Positions 1-8,092 of a DNA stretch of 31,295 nt are shown one piece after another (the first letter of the stretch is position 1; each line of letters starts with the position of its first letter). The stretch is from a candidate division WOR-3 bacterium. Lineage in GTDB: Bacteria; Hydrothermota; Tepidihabitantia; Tepidihabitantales; JAOUPE01. Location of the stretch: assembly GCA_039801565.1 (NCBI GenBank), contig JBDRUX010000017.1:1-31295 (forward strand), in the 5' to 3' direction. Below the pieces are notes generated by a model that made no database searches, was not told the origin of the DNA, and saw nothing but the letters and a program-made list of their open reading frames with translations. Position numbers and translations under genes: made by a program.

Positions 1-246
1 AATCTGTTAGGACCTATTTAAAATTAGGTAGGGGGTGTGAAATTTTTATGGGGAATTAATTTCCATAGTTGTTTTGGTATGGGCAAGATTACGGAGTTAA
101 TCTTTCCCGACTGGTTGCTTCCGTAGTGGTTTATGAGGCAGGTTAGGGAGTTACTTAAGGACCACCCTTGATACCGACCCGTTATTTCACCAATCAGTGA
201 TTTTTGCTGGTCGTTAAAGAATAGTTCAATTGTTTAAATCGTTCAC

Positions 247-1644
247 CTATTTCACAATCAGAAACTTTTTGGTCTCGGTGCCAAGTCTTAAGAAGTAAAT
301 TCCGGGTTTTGTTCCTTTCAAGGATATTTTTAGTTCATTGCCATTATGAGCCGAAGGCGTGGCGATTTCCCTTATCAGTTTTCCGGAAACATCAAAGATT
401 TTTATCGCTTGGCGGTCAGCGGACAGCGATAGGCGGATAGCGAGAACGGACTTTGCCGGATTGGGATAGACATTGAGCATTGAGCTTGGAGCATTGAACG
501 GTTGGCGGTCTTCTTTGATTCCGGATAATCCCCGATATTTAATTGTCACAATATCGTAATCATTGCCATTGTGGGAGGTACCGGTGACAATCGGATTGCC
601 ATTCGTATCAACCGCTACGCCGTAAACTTTATCATCATAGCCATTGTCATACCGTCTTGTCCAAATTATATCACCATTAGGGGTAAGCTTTGCTAAAAGA
701 TAGTCATTGGTATCTATTACGCCGACATTACCGCATACGTAGATATTTCCAAGATGGTCAGTTGTAACATTGGTTGCCCAATCGCCAGTCGTGAAGTCAA
801 ATCGTCTTGTCCATACCGTATCGCCGTTTTGAGTATACTTTATAACTACCCAATCATAATTAGACCAGTCGGTAGTGTAACCAACGACCACAATATCCCC
901 AAAGGAATCCAAATCAGCTGCGCAACCAAAGCTGTGGTGATGACCAATCCAAGATAATTTTCTTGTCCATATTGAATCACCAGCAGAATCGAAACGAACC
1001 GTAATTATTTGCCAAAAAGTGTCTATTCCGGTCACAAAGAAATTGCCATCTTGTGAGACAACTATACCTAACAACCAATCAGACCAAGGGTAAAACTTTG
1101 TCCAAACTAAAGTTCCATTCGTATCGTATTTACGCAAAAAACCAATATTGTCACCACCTCCCAAGTAAGTATAAGAAGTACCAGTAAGAACGATACCATT
1201 ATCTCTATCTATAGCAACATCAGTAAAACAATCTATATCTCTTATCCGATATTCCCTTTTCCATAAGAAATTTCCTTCCGGTGAAAATTTTACCAGAAGA
1301 CATTGTGATTCAATCGTATCATTGCCGCTCCAACCAGCGGTGATTATATTACCTTCTTGATCTGAAGCTACAGCGTAAGCAGCTTCGCTTTCACTATCAC
1401 CGTAACATTTGGTCCAAATTGTATCACCATTTGGAGTATATTTAATAAGTAAAATATTGTGTCTTGTGGAACTGTTCCAGGAAACCCCAGCGACCATCAG
1501 GTTGCCCATTCTATCAAAAGTTATACCATAACCCCATTCTTCATTTCCTCGGTCAAGGCGTCTGAGCCATAAGGTATCTTGACTGAGTGAGAGACCGTAT
1601 GAGAATAAAATAAAGAATATAAAAGAAAACTTTTTAATTTTCAT
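247..1644 (-). CDS. Secreted beta-propeller repeat (SBBP/delta-60-like) protein with T9SS-type C-terminal sorting domain
   Basis: Signal peptide; repeated 'KYTxNGDTxWTRR...VAVDxxGNxxVTG' blades; CTD 'VYPNP...IFDVSGKLI...GIYFLRL...TKKFLIVK'. Confidence 0.85.
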   Translation of the reverse strand: MKIKKFSFIFFILFSYGLSLSQDTLWLRRLDRGNEEWGYGITFDRMGNLMVAGVSWNSSTRHNILLIKYTPNGDTIWTKCYGDSESEAAYAVASDQEGNIITAGWSGNDTIESQCLLVKFSPEGNFLWKREYRIRDIDCFTDVAIDRDNGIVLTGTSYTYLGGGDNIGFLRKYDTNGTLVWTKFYPWSDWLLGIVVSQDGNFFVTGIDTFWQIITVRFDSAGDSIWTRKLSWIGHHHSFGCAADLDSFGDIVVVGYTTDWSNYDWVVIKYTQNGDTVWTRRFDFTTGDWATNVTTDHLGNIYVCGNVGVIDTNDYLLAKLTPNGDIIWTRRYDNGYDDKVYGVAVDTNGNPIVTGTSHNGNDYDIVTIKYRGLSGIKEDRQPFNAPSSMLNVYPNPAKSVLAIRLSLSADRQAIKIFDVSGKLIREIATPSAHNGNELKISLKGTKPGIYFLRLGTETKKFLIVK

Positions 1645-1675
1645 TTTTGCCTTTTGTTTAAATCAGCTCTTTCAA

Positions 1676-1699
1676 GGCACCCAGTGAACACCGGGTGCC
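1676..1699 (-). other. Strong intergenic RNA hairpin without a U-tract
   Basis: Minus strand GGCACCCGGT-GTTC-ACTGGGTGCC (10-bp stem with one G-U pair) between two co-oriented genes. Confidence 0.6.
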
Positions 1700-1725
1700 C
1701 ATATTTTTGAGATAATGCTTGAAAA

Positions 1726-2337
1726 TCAATGAACTCTCGAACACGAACTATATCTAACATTTTGTCGTCCAGGATCCCACCAGTGTATTCCATTTTGGTA
1801 CCAAGTGTATGTAATTTGACGGTGATATATAGTGCGATAGACGAGTGAAGTATAATATCCATAAGTTTCGTATATATAACGAGAAACTTCTTGCATTGGT
1901 CCATTAGGATGCAACCAACGTCGAGTTATAGCAGTTATCCCTAAGAAGCCAGGCGCATAAAAAGGTCTTGTTGTCTTTGAACCACATTCAACTCTTTTGT
2001 AGTCGGTCCAATAATAGTCGGCAGTTATCCAAGAACACCAGCCGTAGTCGGTTTGTGGATCATATCCTTTATCAATAACACTGGCTAATTTTTCTGATTC
2101 ACTTGGAGTTCGAAGTCCTTTTCCATGAAGTATTTCCACAGTTACCTCATTAAAATCAGAACCCGGCGAAGTTGGGTTATTAGCGTTAACTTCGATTACT
2201 ATTGCCACGCTATCTCCATTTTCATTCACATATTCATAGAGATAATAGTGGATATCTTCGGATTGAACTGCCTGAGCAATTAGTAAACCTGATATTAAGA
2301 CAAAAATTGCCGTCAATGCTAGGCAAATTCGTGACAT
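1726..2337 (-). CDS. Secreted hypothetical protein with Tyr/Trp-rich C-terminal half
   Basis: ORF 1726..2346. The GTG at 2346 lies inside the SD (AAGGAGGTG), so ATG 2337 (MSRICLALTAIF..., signal peptide) is the preferred start. Confidence 0.75.
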   Translation of the reverse strand: MSRICLALTAIFVLISGLLIAQAVQSEDIHYYLYEYVNENGDSVAIVIEVNANNPTSPGSDFNEVTVEILHGKGLRTPSESEKLASVIDKGYDPQTDYGWCSWITADYYWTDYKRVECGSKTTRPFYAPGFLGITAITRRWLHPNGPMQEVSRYIYETYGYYTSLVYRTIYHRQITYTWYQNGIHWWDPGRQNVRYSSCSRVH

Positions 2338-2354
2338 CTTTATCACCTCCTTCT

Positions 2355-2382
2355 ACTTTAAGAATTTTTTGACATTTGTCAA
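2355..2382 (-). promoter_or_regulatory. Sigma70-like promoter overlapped by the TTGACA-TT-TGTCAA inverted repeat
   Basis: Minus strand TTGACA-N16-TAAAGT; 6-2-6 inverted repeat at 2369-2382. Confidence 0.45.
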
Positions 2383-2390
2383 GGGCTGGT

Positions 2391-2438
2391 AAAAATAAAA
2401 TTCGGAAAGGTCTCCGACCAGCAACAGAAACCTTTTCC
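2391..2438 (-). terminator. Terminator- or attenuator-like hairpin
   Basis: Minus strand GGAAAAGGTTTCTG-N8-CGGAGACCTTTCC followed by GAATTTTATTTTT. Confidence 0.45.
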
Positions 2439-2569
2439 AACAAAATGGTCCCGACGTAAACAGCAAAAAAACCGTTTTGAATTATGGAACCGGCTAAATT
2501 TTGTTAAAAATTGGAAAGATTTATCCTCGAGAGAGAGCTTTTATTGGCGACATATCGCTACTCAATTAT

Positions 2570-2597
2570 ATTATAGGTTCATTTTGATTTCTGTCAA
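2570..2597 (-). promoter_or_regulatory. Sigma70 consensus promoter
   Basis: Minus strand TTGACA-N16-TATAAT. Confidence 0.65.
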
Positions 2598-2648
2598 GCA
2601 CCAATTTAACTTAAACAATCTCTGCCCCGACAGCAGTTGGGGTTCATT

Positions 2649-2690
2649 TCATCTTATAACCAGAAACTTTTTGGTCAGGTTGCCAACCCT
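2649..2690 (-). pseudogene. Remnant 3' tail of a T9SS-CTD cargo gene
   Basis: Translates as RVGNLTKKFLVIR*, matching RLGTETKKFLIVK* of the 247..1644 gene; both share CAGAAACTTTTTGGTC on the + strand. An in-frame stop lies 11 codons further upstream. Confidence 0.6.
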
Positions 2691-2839
2691 GCTAACCTTC
2701 GGTTCCAATAGTTGATTTAAATATTAGCATTATTTGATGATAGCTGCTTTAAAGTCTTTTTGGCAAGATAAGGATGAATTTTTAACGGATAACAATTTAC
2801 CTCGTCAAATTTTTGATTTGCTTTGGTAAAATGTCCCCT

Positions 2840-3994
2840 TTATTGATATTCGGCGCGGAGTTTTTCCACCGCTTTAACCATATTGGCTAATTTCGCAAAG
2901 GCAACCCGCCAAGAACGAGTTCGTAAGCCACAGTCCGGGTTAACATAAATCCTTTCGGGCGGAATGATTTTAATTGCCGATTTAACCCTTTGCACGATGA
3001 CCACTGGCGACTCAATCTCATCAGTATGAACATCAAGCACGCCTAAACCGATTTCTCTTCTGTCTTTATACTTTCGCATCAGTCGCAAGAAATCGTAATT
3101 CGCCCCCTGATTGGCAAATTCAAAAGTGAACTGGCAACAATTCTTCAAATCAAGGATTGCTGGATAGAGTAACGCATAATTACTGAAACAGATGTGTAAA
3201 TTGAAACGGACATTGGGAAAGCCTTTGGTCGATTCATTGAAGGATTGGACAAAGATTGGAATTTCATCGGGTCGGGTAGTAGCTGCTGGCTCATCAATTT
3301 GAATCAGTTTTGCGCCAGCATTGACCAATGCTTGAATATTCGGCCGGATGACAGTTTTGGCTAAATCAATCGCTAAGGCTTGGTTGGCTTTATAGCGTGC
3401 CTTGGCAAAATCTTTCTTACGCTTTTGCCATTGTTTTAAATAAAACTCATTAAATGACCAGTTCATTAAGGTATAAGCACCAGTAATTGGAACTTTTAAA
3501 GGCTTGGTAGTTTGTTCTTTAATAAAGTTAAATTCTTCGAGATGATACTCCTTAAGCAATTTTGGTTTCTTAATGCAGGCTGCTTTGCGGTAATACTTAT
3601 TATCAAAAGAACGCACCTCACCTAAAAATTTAAACCCATCAATATAAGAAATCGGTTCCTGATACATCTCAGAACGATGTTGCTCACCGTCGTAGATGAT
3701 ATCCAAGCCAATTTTTTCAAAACATTTCAATACCAAAATGCTTGACCATTCCACCAGTCGGTTTTTTTCCTTTAAGGTGAGGGCTTTTCTTTTTAGCAAA
3801 TCTTTTAGTTCATCATATTCTTTGATTTGAGCAAAATCGAGCCAGTAGCGGAGTTCTTCCCAATCACTTGCTTTTAACTCCTGCCCCCGTCTTTTCTTTA
3901 CCAGCCAATTGGGCTTAGCAATGCTACCAATTTCCTGGGTGGGGAAGAGAACATCAGGGCAGGGTGATAATCGGAGTTCAATATAGTTCAACAT
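2840..3994 (-). CDS. metE: Cobalamin-independent methionine synthase, catalytic C-terminal-type subunit (archaeal split-MetE-like)
   Basis: PTQEIGS start motif; DGEQHRSEM; VRSFDNKYY; KVPITGAYT; IQIDEP; Zn ligands HIC, E (FEF) and PDCGL. Confidence 0.9.
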   Translation of the reverse strand: MLNYIELRLSPCPDVLFPTQEIGSIAKPNWLVKKRRGQELKASDWEELRYWLDFAQIKEYDELKDLLKRKALTLKEKNRLVEWSSILVLKCFEKIGLDIIYDGEQHRSEMYQEPISYIDGFKFLGEVRSFDNKYYRKAACIKKPKLLKEYHLEEFNFIKEQTTKPLKVPITGAYTLMNWSFNEFYLKQWQKRKKDFAKARYKANQALAIDLAKTVIRPNIQALVNAGAKLIQIDEPAATTRPDEIPIFVQSFNESTKGFPNVRFNLHICFSNYALLYPAILDLKNCCQFTFEFANQGANYDFLRLMRKYKDRREIGLGVLDVHTDEIESPVVIVQRVKSAIKIIPPERIYVNPDCGLRTRSWRVAFAKLANMVKAVEKLRAEYQ

Positions 3995-3997
3995 TGT

Positions 3998-4939
3998 TCA
4001 ATATTGTTTAAATTGCTCGGCAACTTTCCTTAAAATCGCAACTTTCTTTTCTGCCACTGAATAGGGTAAAAAGTCTAAATCACAATTGGGACAGATAAAG
4101 AACCGTTTCAACTTAAACCTTTTAATTAAATCTGCTACAAACTTAATGACACTCTTTGGTACTTCTAATAATGAGTTCGTCGCATCAATACAGCCCAAGC
4201 CAATCTTTTTATCGGTCTCTATTTTGAGCTTTTTGGTTGAAGTTGCTGTTAAATCAATGGTAACGAAATCAATTGGGAATTTTAACAATTGAGTGATTTC
4301 GGAAAAATCGCCAAAATAAGTGGCAATTCCAATCTCCATATTATTTCTCATTTGGCTGATGATTTGATAAGCAGTCTTTGCTTGCTCCCAATCTGTTCTT
4401 TTTAAGTTCTTACCGTTGTAGGCTAAATATGGTTCAGAGAATTGAATCGTCTTCACCCCTTGTTGGTAAAGATACCGAAGGATTTGGTTTAGGGTATGGG
4501 CTAAGTCGAAAAGAAAATCCTTTTTATAATAACGGTTTTCACTCATTGCCCAGAATGTAACTGGTCCGGGTAAAATGACTTTTCGATTGTCGGGCATTAA
4601 GTCAAAATAGAAGTATTGTCCAATCTTTTCCGGCGGCAGGTGAATTTTACCCGTAATAATTGGTCGTCGAAAGAAAGTATTGGTCTCAAAAAATCGGATT
4701 AAAGGACCGAGTTCGATTCCTTCGGCTTCCGAGAACGGACGAAATAAGTCCTGCCAAAGCAAATTGCCATCAATCACATATTCAAATCCGGCTTGTAGTT
4801 CGATAAGCCTTTTCACATCTTCTCTCCTTACCTTCTCCAATTCCGAATGCGAAGTGCGGCCACGGTCGAAATCCCGAGTGGCCCGAATTAAATTCTGGGA
4901 ACGAGCGAAAGTGCCAGTAAGTTGGACTGGTAACATCAT
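3998..4939 (-). CDS. MetE N-terminal-like non-catalytic subunit of a split methionine synthase
   Basis: TGTFAR; DGNLLWQDLFRP; RFFETNTFFRRP; LPGPVT; QFSEP; TYFG; PNCDLDFLP...A..K. The Zn-binding HxC motif is absent. Confidence 0.85.
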   Translation of the reverse strand: MMLPVQLTGTFARSQNLIRATRDFDRGRTSHSELEKVRREDVKRLIELQAGFEYVIDGNLLWQDLFRPFSEAEGIELGPLIRFFETNTFFRRPIITGKIHLPPEKIGQYFYFDLMPDNRKVILPGPVTFWAMSENRYYKKDFLFDLAHTLNQILRYLYQQGVKTIQFSEPYLAYNGKNLKRTDWEQAKTAYQIISQMRNNMEIGIATYFGDFSEITQLLKFPIDFVTIDLTATSTKKLKIETDKKIGLGCIDATNSLLEVPKSVIKFVADLIKRFKLKRFFICPNCDLDFLPYSVAEKKVAILRKVAEQFKQY

Positions 4940-6744
4940 TTGCCCAATATCTTTTTTAATAACTCTTTGTGTCCTTTAGGAATCATTAAGAGAACTCCCG
5001 AAACTAATTCTTTCAGTTGTGTAATTAAGTCGCTTGCAATTGCAATTCCCTCTTTGGTAACGTCGTGGGCTTGGCGCAGACGCTTGATTAACGTCTCAGG
5101 GATGGTAATTCCTGGTACTTCGTTTCTTAGATATTCAGCCTGACGGATATTAGTTAAAGGCATAACTCCAGCAAAGACCGGGGTCTTTTTAATATTGATA
5201 TGATTCAAAAACCGACTAAAAGCCTTTAAATCAAAAACCGGTTGGGTAATAATGAACTGGGCACCGGCGGATAATTTCGTTTTAAGTCGAGCCAACTCTT
5301 CGGATAGATTTTCGGCTGTGCCATTAGCCCCAGCACCAATCCAAAAACCGGTTGCTTGCAATAAAGGATTACCTAACCCGTCATAGCCTTGATTGAGTTT
5401 ATGGGCAATCTCAATTAAACCCTTGGCGGTTACCTCATAGACTGCGGTGTAGGGATAATCACCAACCGAGGGTGGGTCACCGGTTAAGGCTAAAATGTTT
5501 TCAATCCCCAAGGCATAAGCTGCTAACAAATCGGATTGTAAACCAATCAAATTTCGGTCTCGACAGGTGATGTGCAAAATGACATCCAAACCGACTTCCT
5601 TCTTGATTCGATAGGCTAATGGTAAAGGGTTCATTCGCACTTTTGCCATTGGGCTATCGGAGATTGACACTGCATCAATTTCTAAGTCAGCCAGTTCTTT
5701 TGCCCATTCCATTTCGGAATCGAGGTTTATACCCCTGGGCGTCTCCATCTCAACCATTATAACAAACTTCTCTTGCGTCTTTTGTCTCAATGCACTCTTT
5801 ATCGGCTTTTCTCTTCTCGGTTTAATTTCTAAACTTGTCGTTTTGATGCGGACCAGTGGCTTTCGAACCGTTGAGTTTTTTAAAGACTTGTGCATTGCCT
5901 TGATATGCTCTGGGGTTGTGCCACAACATCCACCAATTATTGAAACCCCGGTTTGGACAAAACGCTCGGCGTAATAAGCAAAGTAGTCTGGGTTATGAGG
6001 ATAAAAGAATCGCCCTTGTTGGAAACGGACTTGTCCAGCATTGGGCATCGCACAGAGAAAATCCGGATTGGCTGGCAACATTCGCTTTATCGCATTAAAC
6101 ACACCTTGGGGACCGGAACTGCAGTTAGCACCGATAATTTTGGCACCAGCCTTGACCAAAGTCTTGGCGATTAAACCCGGTTCAACACCAGTGAGCGTGA
6201 GGCCATCCGGAGTAAAGGAGAAGAGAACGATTATTGGTTTATCCTTAGCAACTGCCTGAGCGGTTTTAAATGCAATTAGAGCTTCTTTTAGGTCAGCAAA
6301 AGTCTCTAAGATTATCAAGTCGACACCACCGGCGACCAGAGCGGCGATCTGCTCGCGAAAGATTTTTGCCATCATCTTAGCGCTTGGTTTTTCGGCTAAC
6401 TCTAATGGTCGAGTGATTGGACCAACTGAACCGGCGATAAAACAATGCGGGCAGTTAGCCTTGGCGATTCTTGCCCCTTCGTAATTTATCGCAAAGGTCT
6501 TTTCACCTAAGTCATAATACTTATCTAAAATGAACCGATTGGCACCAAAGGTATTGGTCTCAATGATTTCAGCGCCACTTTCCGCATAAGCCCGATGGAT
6601 TTGAGCGACGATTGCCGGTCTTGAGATATTCAATTCATCGTAACAATGCCCTTTGGGCACACCCAAGGAATAAAGCATCGTGCCCATTGCACCATCGGCA
6701 ATAATTGGCTTTTTGATTTGCAGACGTTTATAAAAATCGTTCAT
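4936..6744 (-). CDS. Bifunctional homocysteine S-methyltransferase / 5,10-methylene-THF reductase (YitJ/SamT type)
   Basis: DGAMGT; ETNTFGAN; GANC and GGCCGT Zn ligands; MTHFR domain HITCRDRN, ALTGDP, ITQPVFD. ATGA overlap with the next gene. Confidence 0.92.
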   Translation of the reverse strand: MNDFYKRLQIKKPIIADGAMGTMLYSLGVPKGHCYDELNISRPAIVAQIHRAYAESGAEIIETNTFGANRFILDKYYDLGEKTFAINYEGARIAKANCPHCFIAGSVGPITRPLELAEKPSAKMMAKIFREQIAALVAGGVDLIILETFADLKEALIAFKTAQAVAKDKPIIVLFSFTPDGLTLTGVEPGLIAKTLVKAGAKIIGANCSSGPQGVFNAIKRMLPANPDFLCAMPNAGQVRFQQGRFFYPHNPDYFAYYAERFVQTGVSIIGGCCGTTPEHIKAMHKSLKNSTVRKPLVRIKTTSLEIKPRREKPIKSALRQKTQEKFVIMVEMETPRGINLDSEMEWAKELADLEIDAVSISDSPMAKVRMNPLPLAYRIKKEVGLDVILHITCRDRNLIGLQSDLLAAYALGIENILALTGDPPSVGDYPYTAVYEVTAKGLIEIAHKLNQGYDGLGNPLLQATGFWIGAGANGTAENLSEELARLKTKLSAGAQFIITQPVFDLKAFSRFLNHINIKKTPVFAGVMPLTNIRQAEYLRNEVPGITIPETLIKRLRQAHDVTKEGIAIASDLITQLKELVSGVLLMIPKGHKELLKKILGK

Positions 6745-6754
6745 TTTTAAATTT

Positions 6755-6803
6755 ATTATACAAAGATTGTTCTGATTGACAATCTTTTTTTAATCGGTAA
6801 TAT
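6755..6803. promoter_or_regulatory. Overlapping divergent promoters with a 9-8-9 inverted repeat
   Basis: Minus strand TTGTCA-N16-TATAAT ending 10 nt before the ATG at 6744; plus strand TTGACA-N16-TAATAT; AAAGATTGT-N8-ACAATCTTT at 6762-6787. Confidence 0.55.
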
Positions 6804-6881
6804 AAAACGACAAACGATTTGATATTGGCTGGTGTTTGCCAATTATTCACTTAAGTGAGATTTATTTAACAAGGAGAAGAT

Positions 6882-7481
6882 ATCTATTGTCGAACCTGTG
6901 GCAAAGCATTAACCGAGACCGCTGAGATTTGTCTTTCTTGTGGCTCAAAGCCCGTAGCGGGGAATAAATTCTGTTCAAATTGTGGCGCAGAAACTAAACC
7001 CACCGCCGATTACTGTATAAAATGCGGCATAAACCTAACTAAAACATCATTAAAACCAGTTGCCGAATATGCAGGATTTTGGCGAAGGTTAGGGGCATTG
7101 GTCATTGACAGTCTTCTTTTGTATATTGCCGGATTACTTATTTTCAGCAAATTGTTTTTGCCTTTAATACTAATTAAAAAGTTAATTCCGTTCGGGGTAA
7201 ATAGATTTTTCTTATCTTATTTCGTATTGGGTTGGGTTTACTATGCCCTAATGGAAAGTTCAAGTCAGCAGGCAACACTCGGTAAAATTGCTTTAGGAAT
7301 TATGGTTACGGACTTAAGCGGAAACCGAATCTCTTTTGCCCGGGCCAGTGGCCGACATTTTACTAAAATTTTATCCGGCATCATACTCTACATTGGTTTC
7401 ATTATGGCTGGTTTTACCGAGAAAAAACAAGCGTTACATGACATAATTGCCGATTGTTTAGTAGTTAAAAAACAAAAATAA
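6882..7481 (+). CDS. RDD family membrane protein with N-terminal double zinc ribbon; ATC at the start position
   Basis: The frame of ORF 7098..7481 is open back to ATC 6882 (IYCRTCGK...CLSCG...CSNCG...CIKCG...YAGFWRRLGALVID). SD AAGGAG ends 5 nt upstream. RDD motifs ATLGK and KKQALHDIIA are present. Confidence 0.8.
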   Translation: MYCRTCGKALTETAEICLSCGSKPVAGNKFCSNCGAETKPTADYCIKCGINLTKTSLKPVAEYAGFWRRLGALVIDSLLLYIAGLLIFSKLFLPLILIKKLIPFGVNRFFLSYFVLGWVYYALMESSSQQATLGKIALGIMVTDLSGNRISFARASGRHFTKILSGIILYIGFIMAGFTEKKQALHDIIADCLVVKKQK

Positions 7482-7531
7482 CCACTTGAAATTTATTTAA
7501 AATAGATTAAAGTAATAGCAAAGGAGGCGTT

Positions 7532-7909
7532 ATGTATTGTCGAGTCTGTGGTAAAGAAGTGGCTGAAACTGCCGAGATTTGTATTCAGTGCGGTTCAAAG
7601 CCTTTAGCCGGCAATAAGTTTTGTCAGAATTGCGGCGCCGAAACGACTCCAGCCGCTGAAGTCTGTATTAAATGCGGAGTTCGATTGCTTACCCGAGCCA
7701 GAGGTGGTAAGGACTGGTTAACCGCACTGCTCTTTTCTATCTTTCTCGGTGGTTTGGGCATTGACCGCTTCTACCTCGGTTATGTGGGATTGGGTATTTT
7801 AAAACTTATTACCTGTGGCGGTTTAGGCATCTGGTATATAATTGACTTGATTCTAATCGCGACCAATAAGTTAAAGGATGCCGAAGGTCGGGAGTTGGTA
7901 AAGAAATAA
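7532..7909 (+). CDS. TM2 domain protein with double zinc ribbon
   Basis: Four CxxC motifs; TM2 motif [33 protein letters not shown]. Confidence 0.9.
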   Translation: MYCRVCGKEVAETAEICIQCGSKPLAGNKFCQNCGAETTPAAEVCIKCGVRLLTRARGGKDWLTALLFSIFLGGLGIDRFYLGYVGLGILKLITCGGLGIWYIIDLILIATNKLKDAEGRELVKK

Positions 7910-8037
7910 ATAATCTACCCGCAGCGGATAACCAATTCGTTTTGGGCACAAATTGACCACGGCATAGCGCCTTATTTGAGATAACAGGATAATGGCACGT
8001 TTTATTTTCAAACCGATGGAAATTGTCTTTCGATTGA

Positions 8038-8066
8038 TTGACGAATGGATAAAATTGGAGTATAAT
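8038..8066 (+). promoter_or_regulatory. Sigma70 promoter of the peptidase operon
   Basis: TTGACG-N17-TATAAT followed by SD AAGGAG. Confidence 0.7.
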
Positions 8067-8092
8067 TTTAATATAACTAAGGAGAAATAAGA

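Noticed and set aside
1641..1904. 87-aa ORF bridging the first two genes
   Set aside because: It overlaps the 1726..2337 gene out of frame and has no SD or recognisable motif.
6745..6880. SAM or cobalamin riboswitch upstream of the methionine operon
   Set aside because: No conserved aptamer motifs, and the promoter abuts the start codon.
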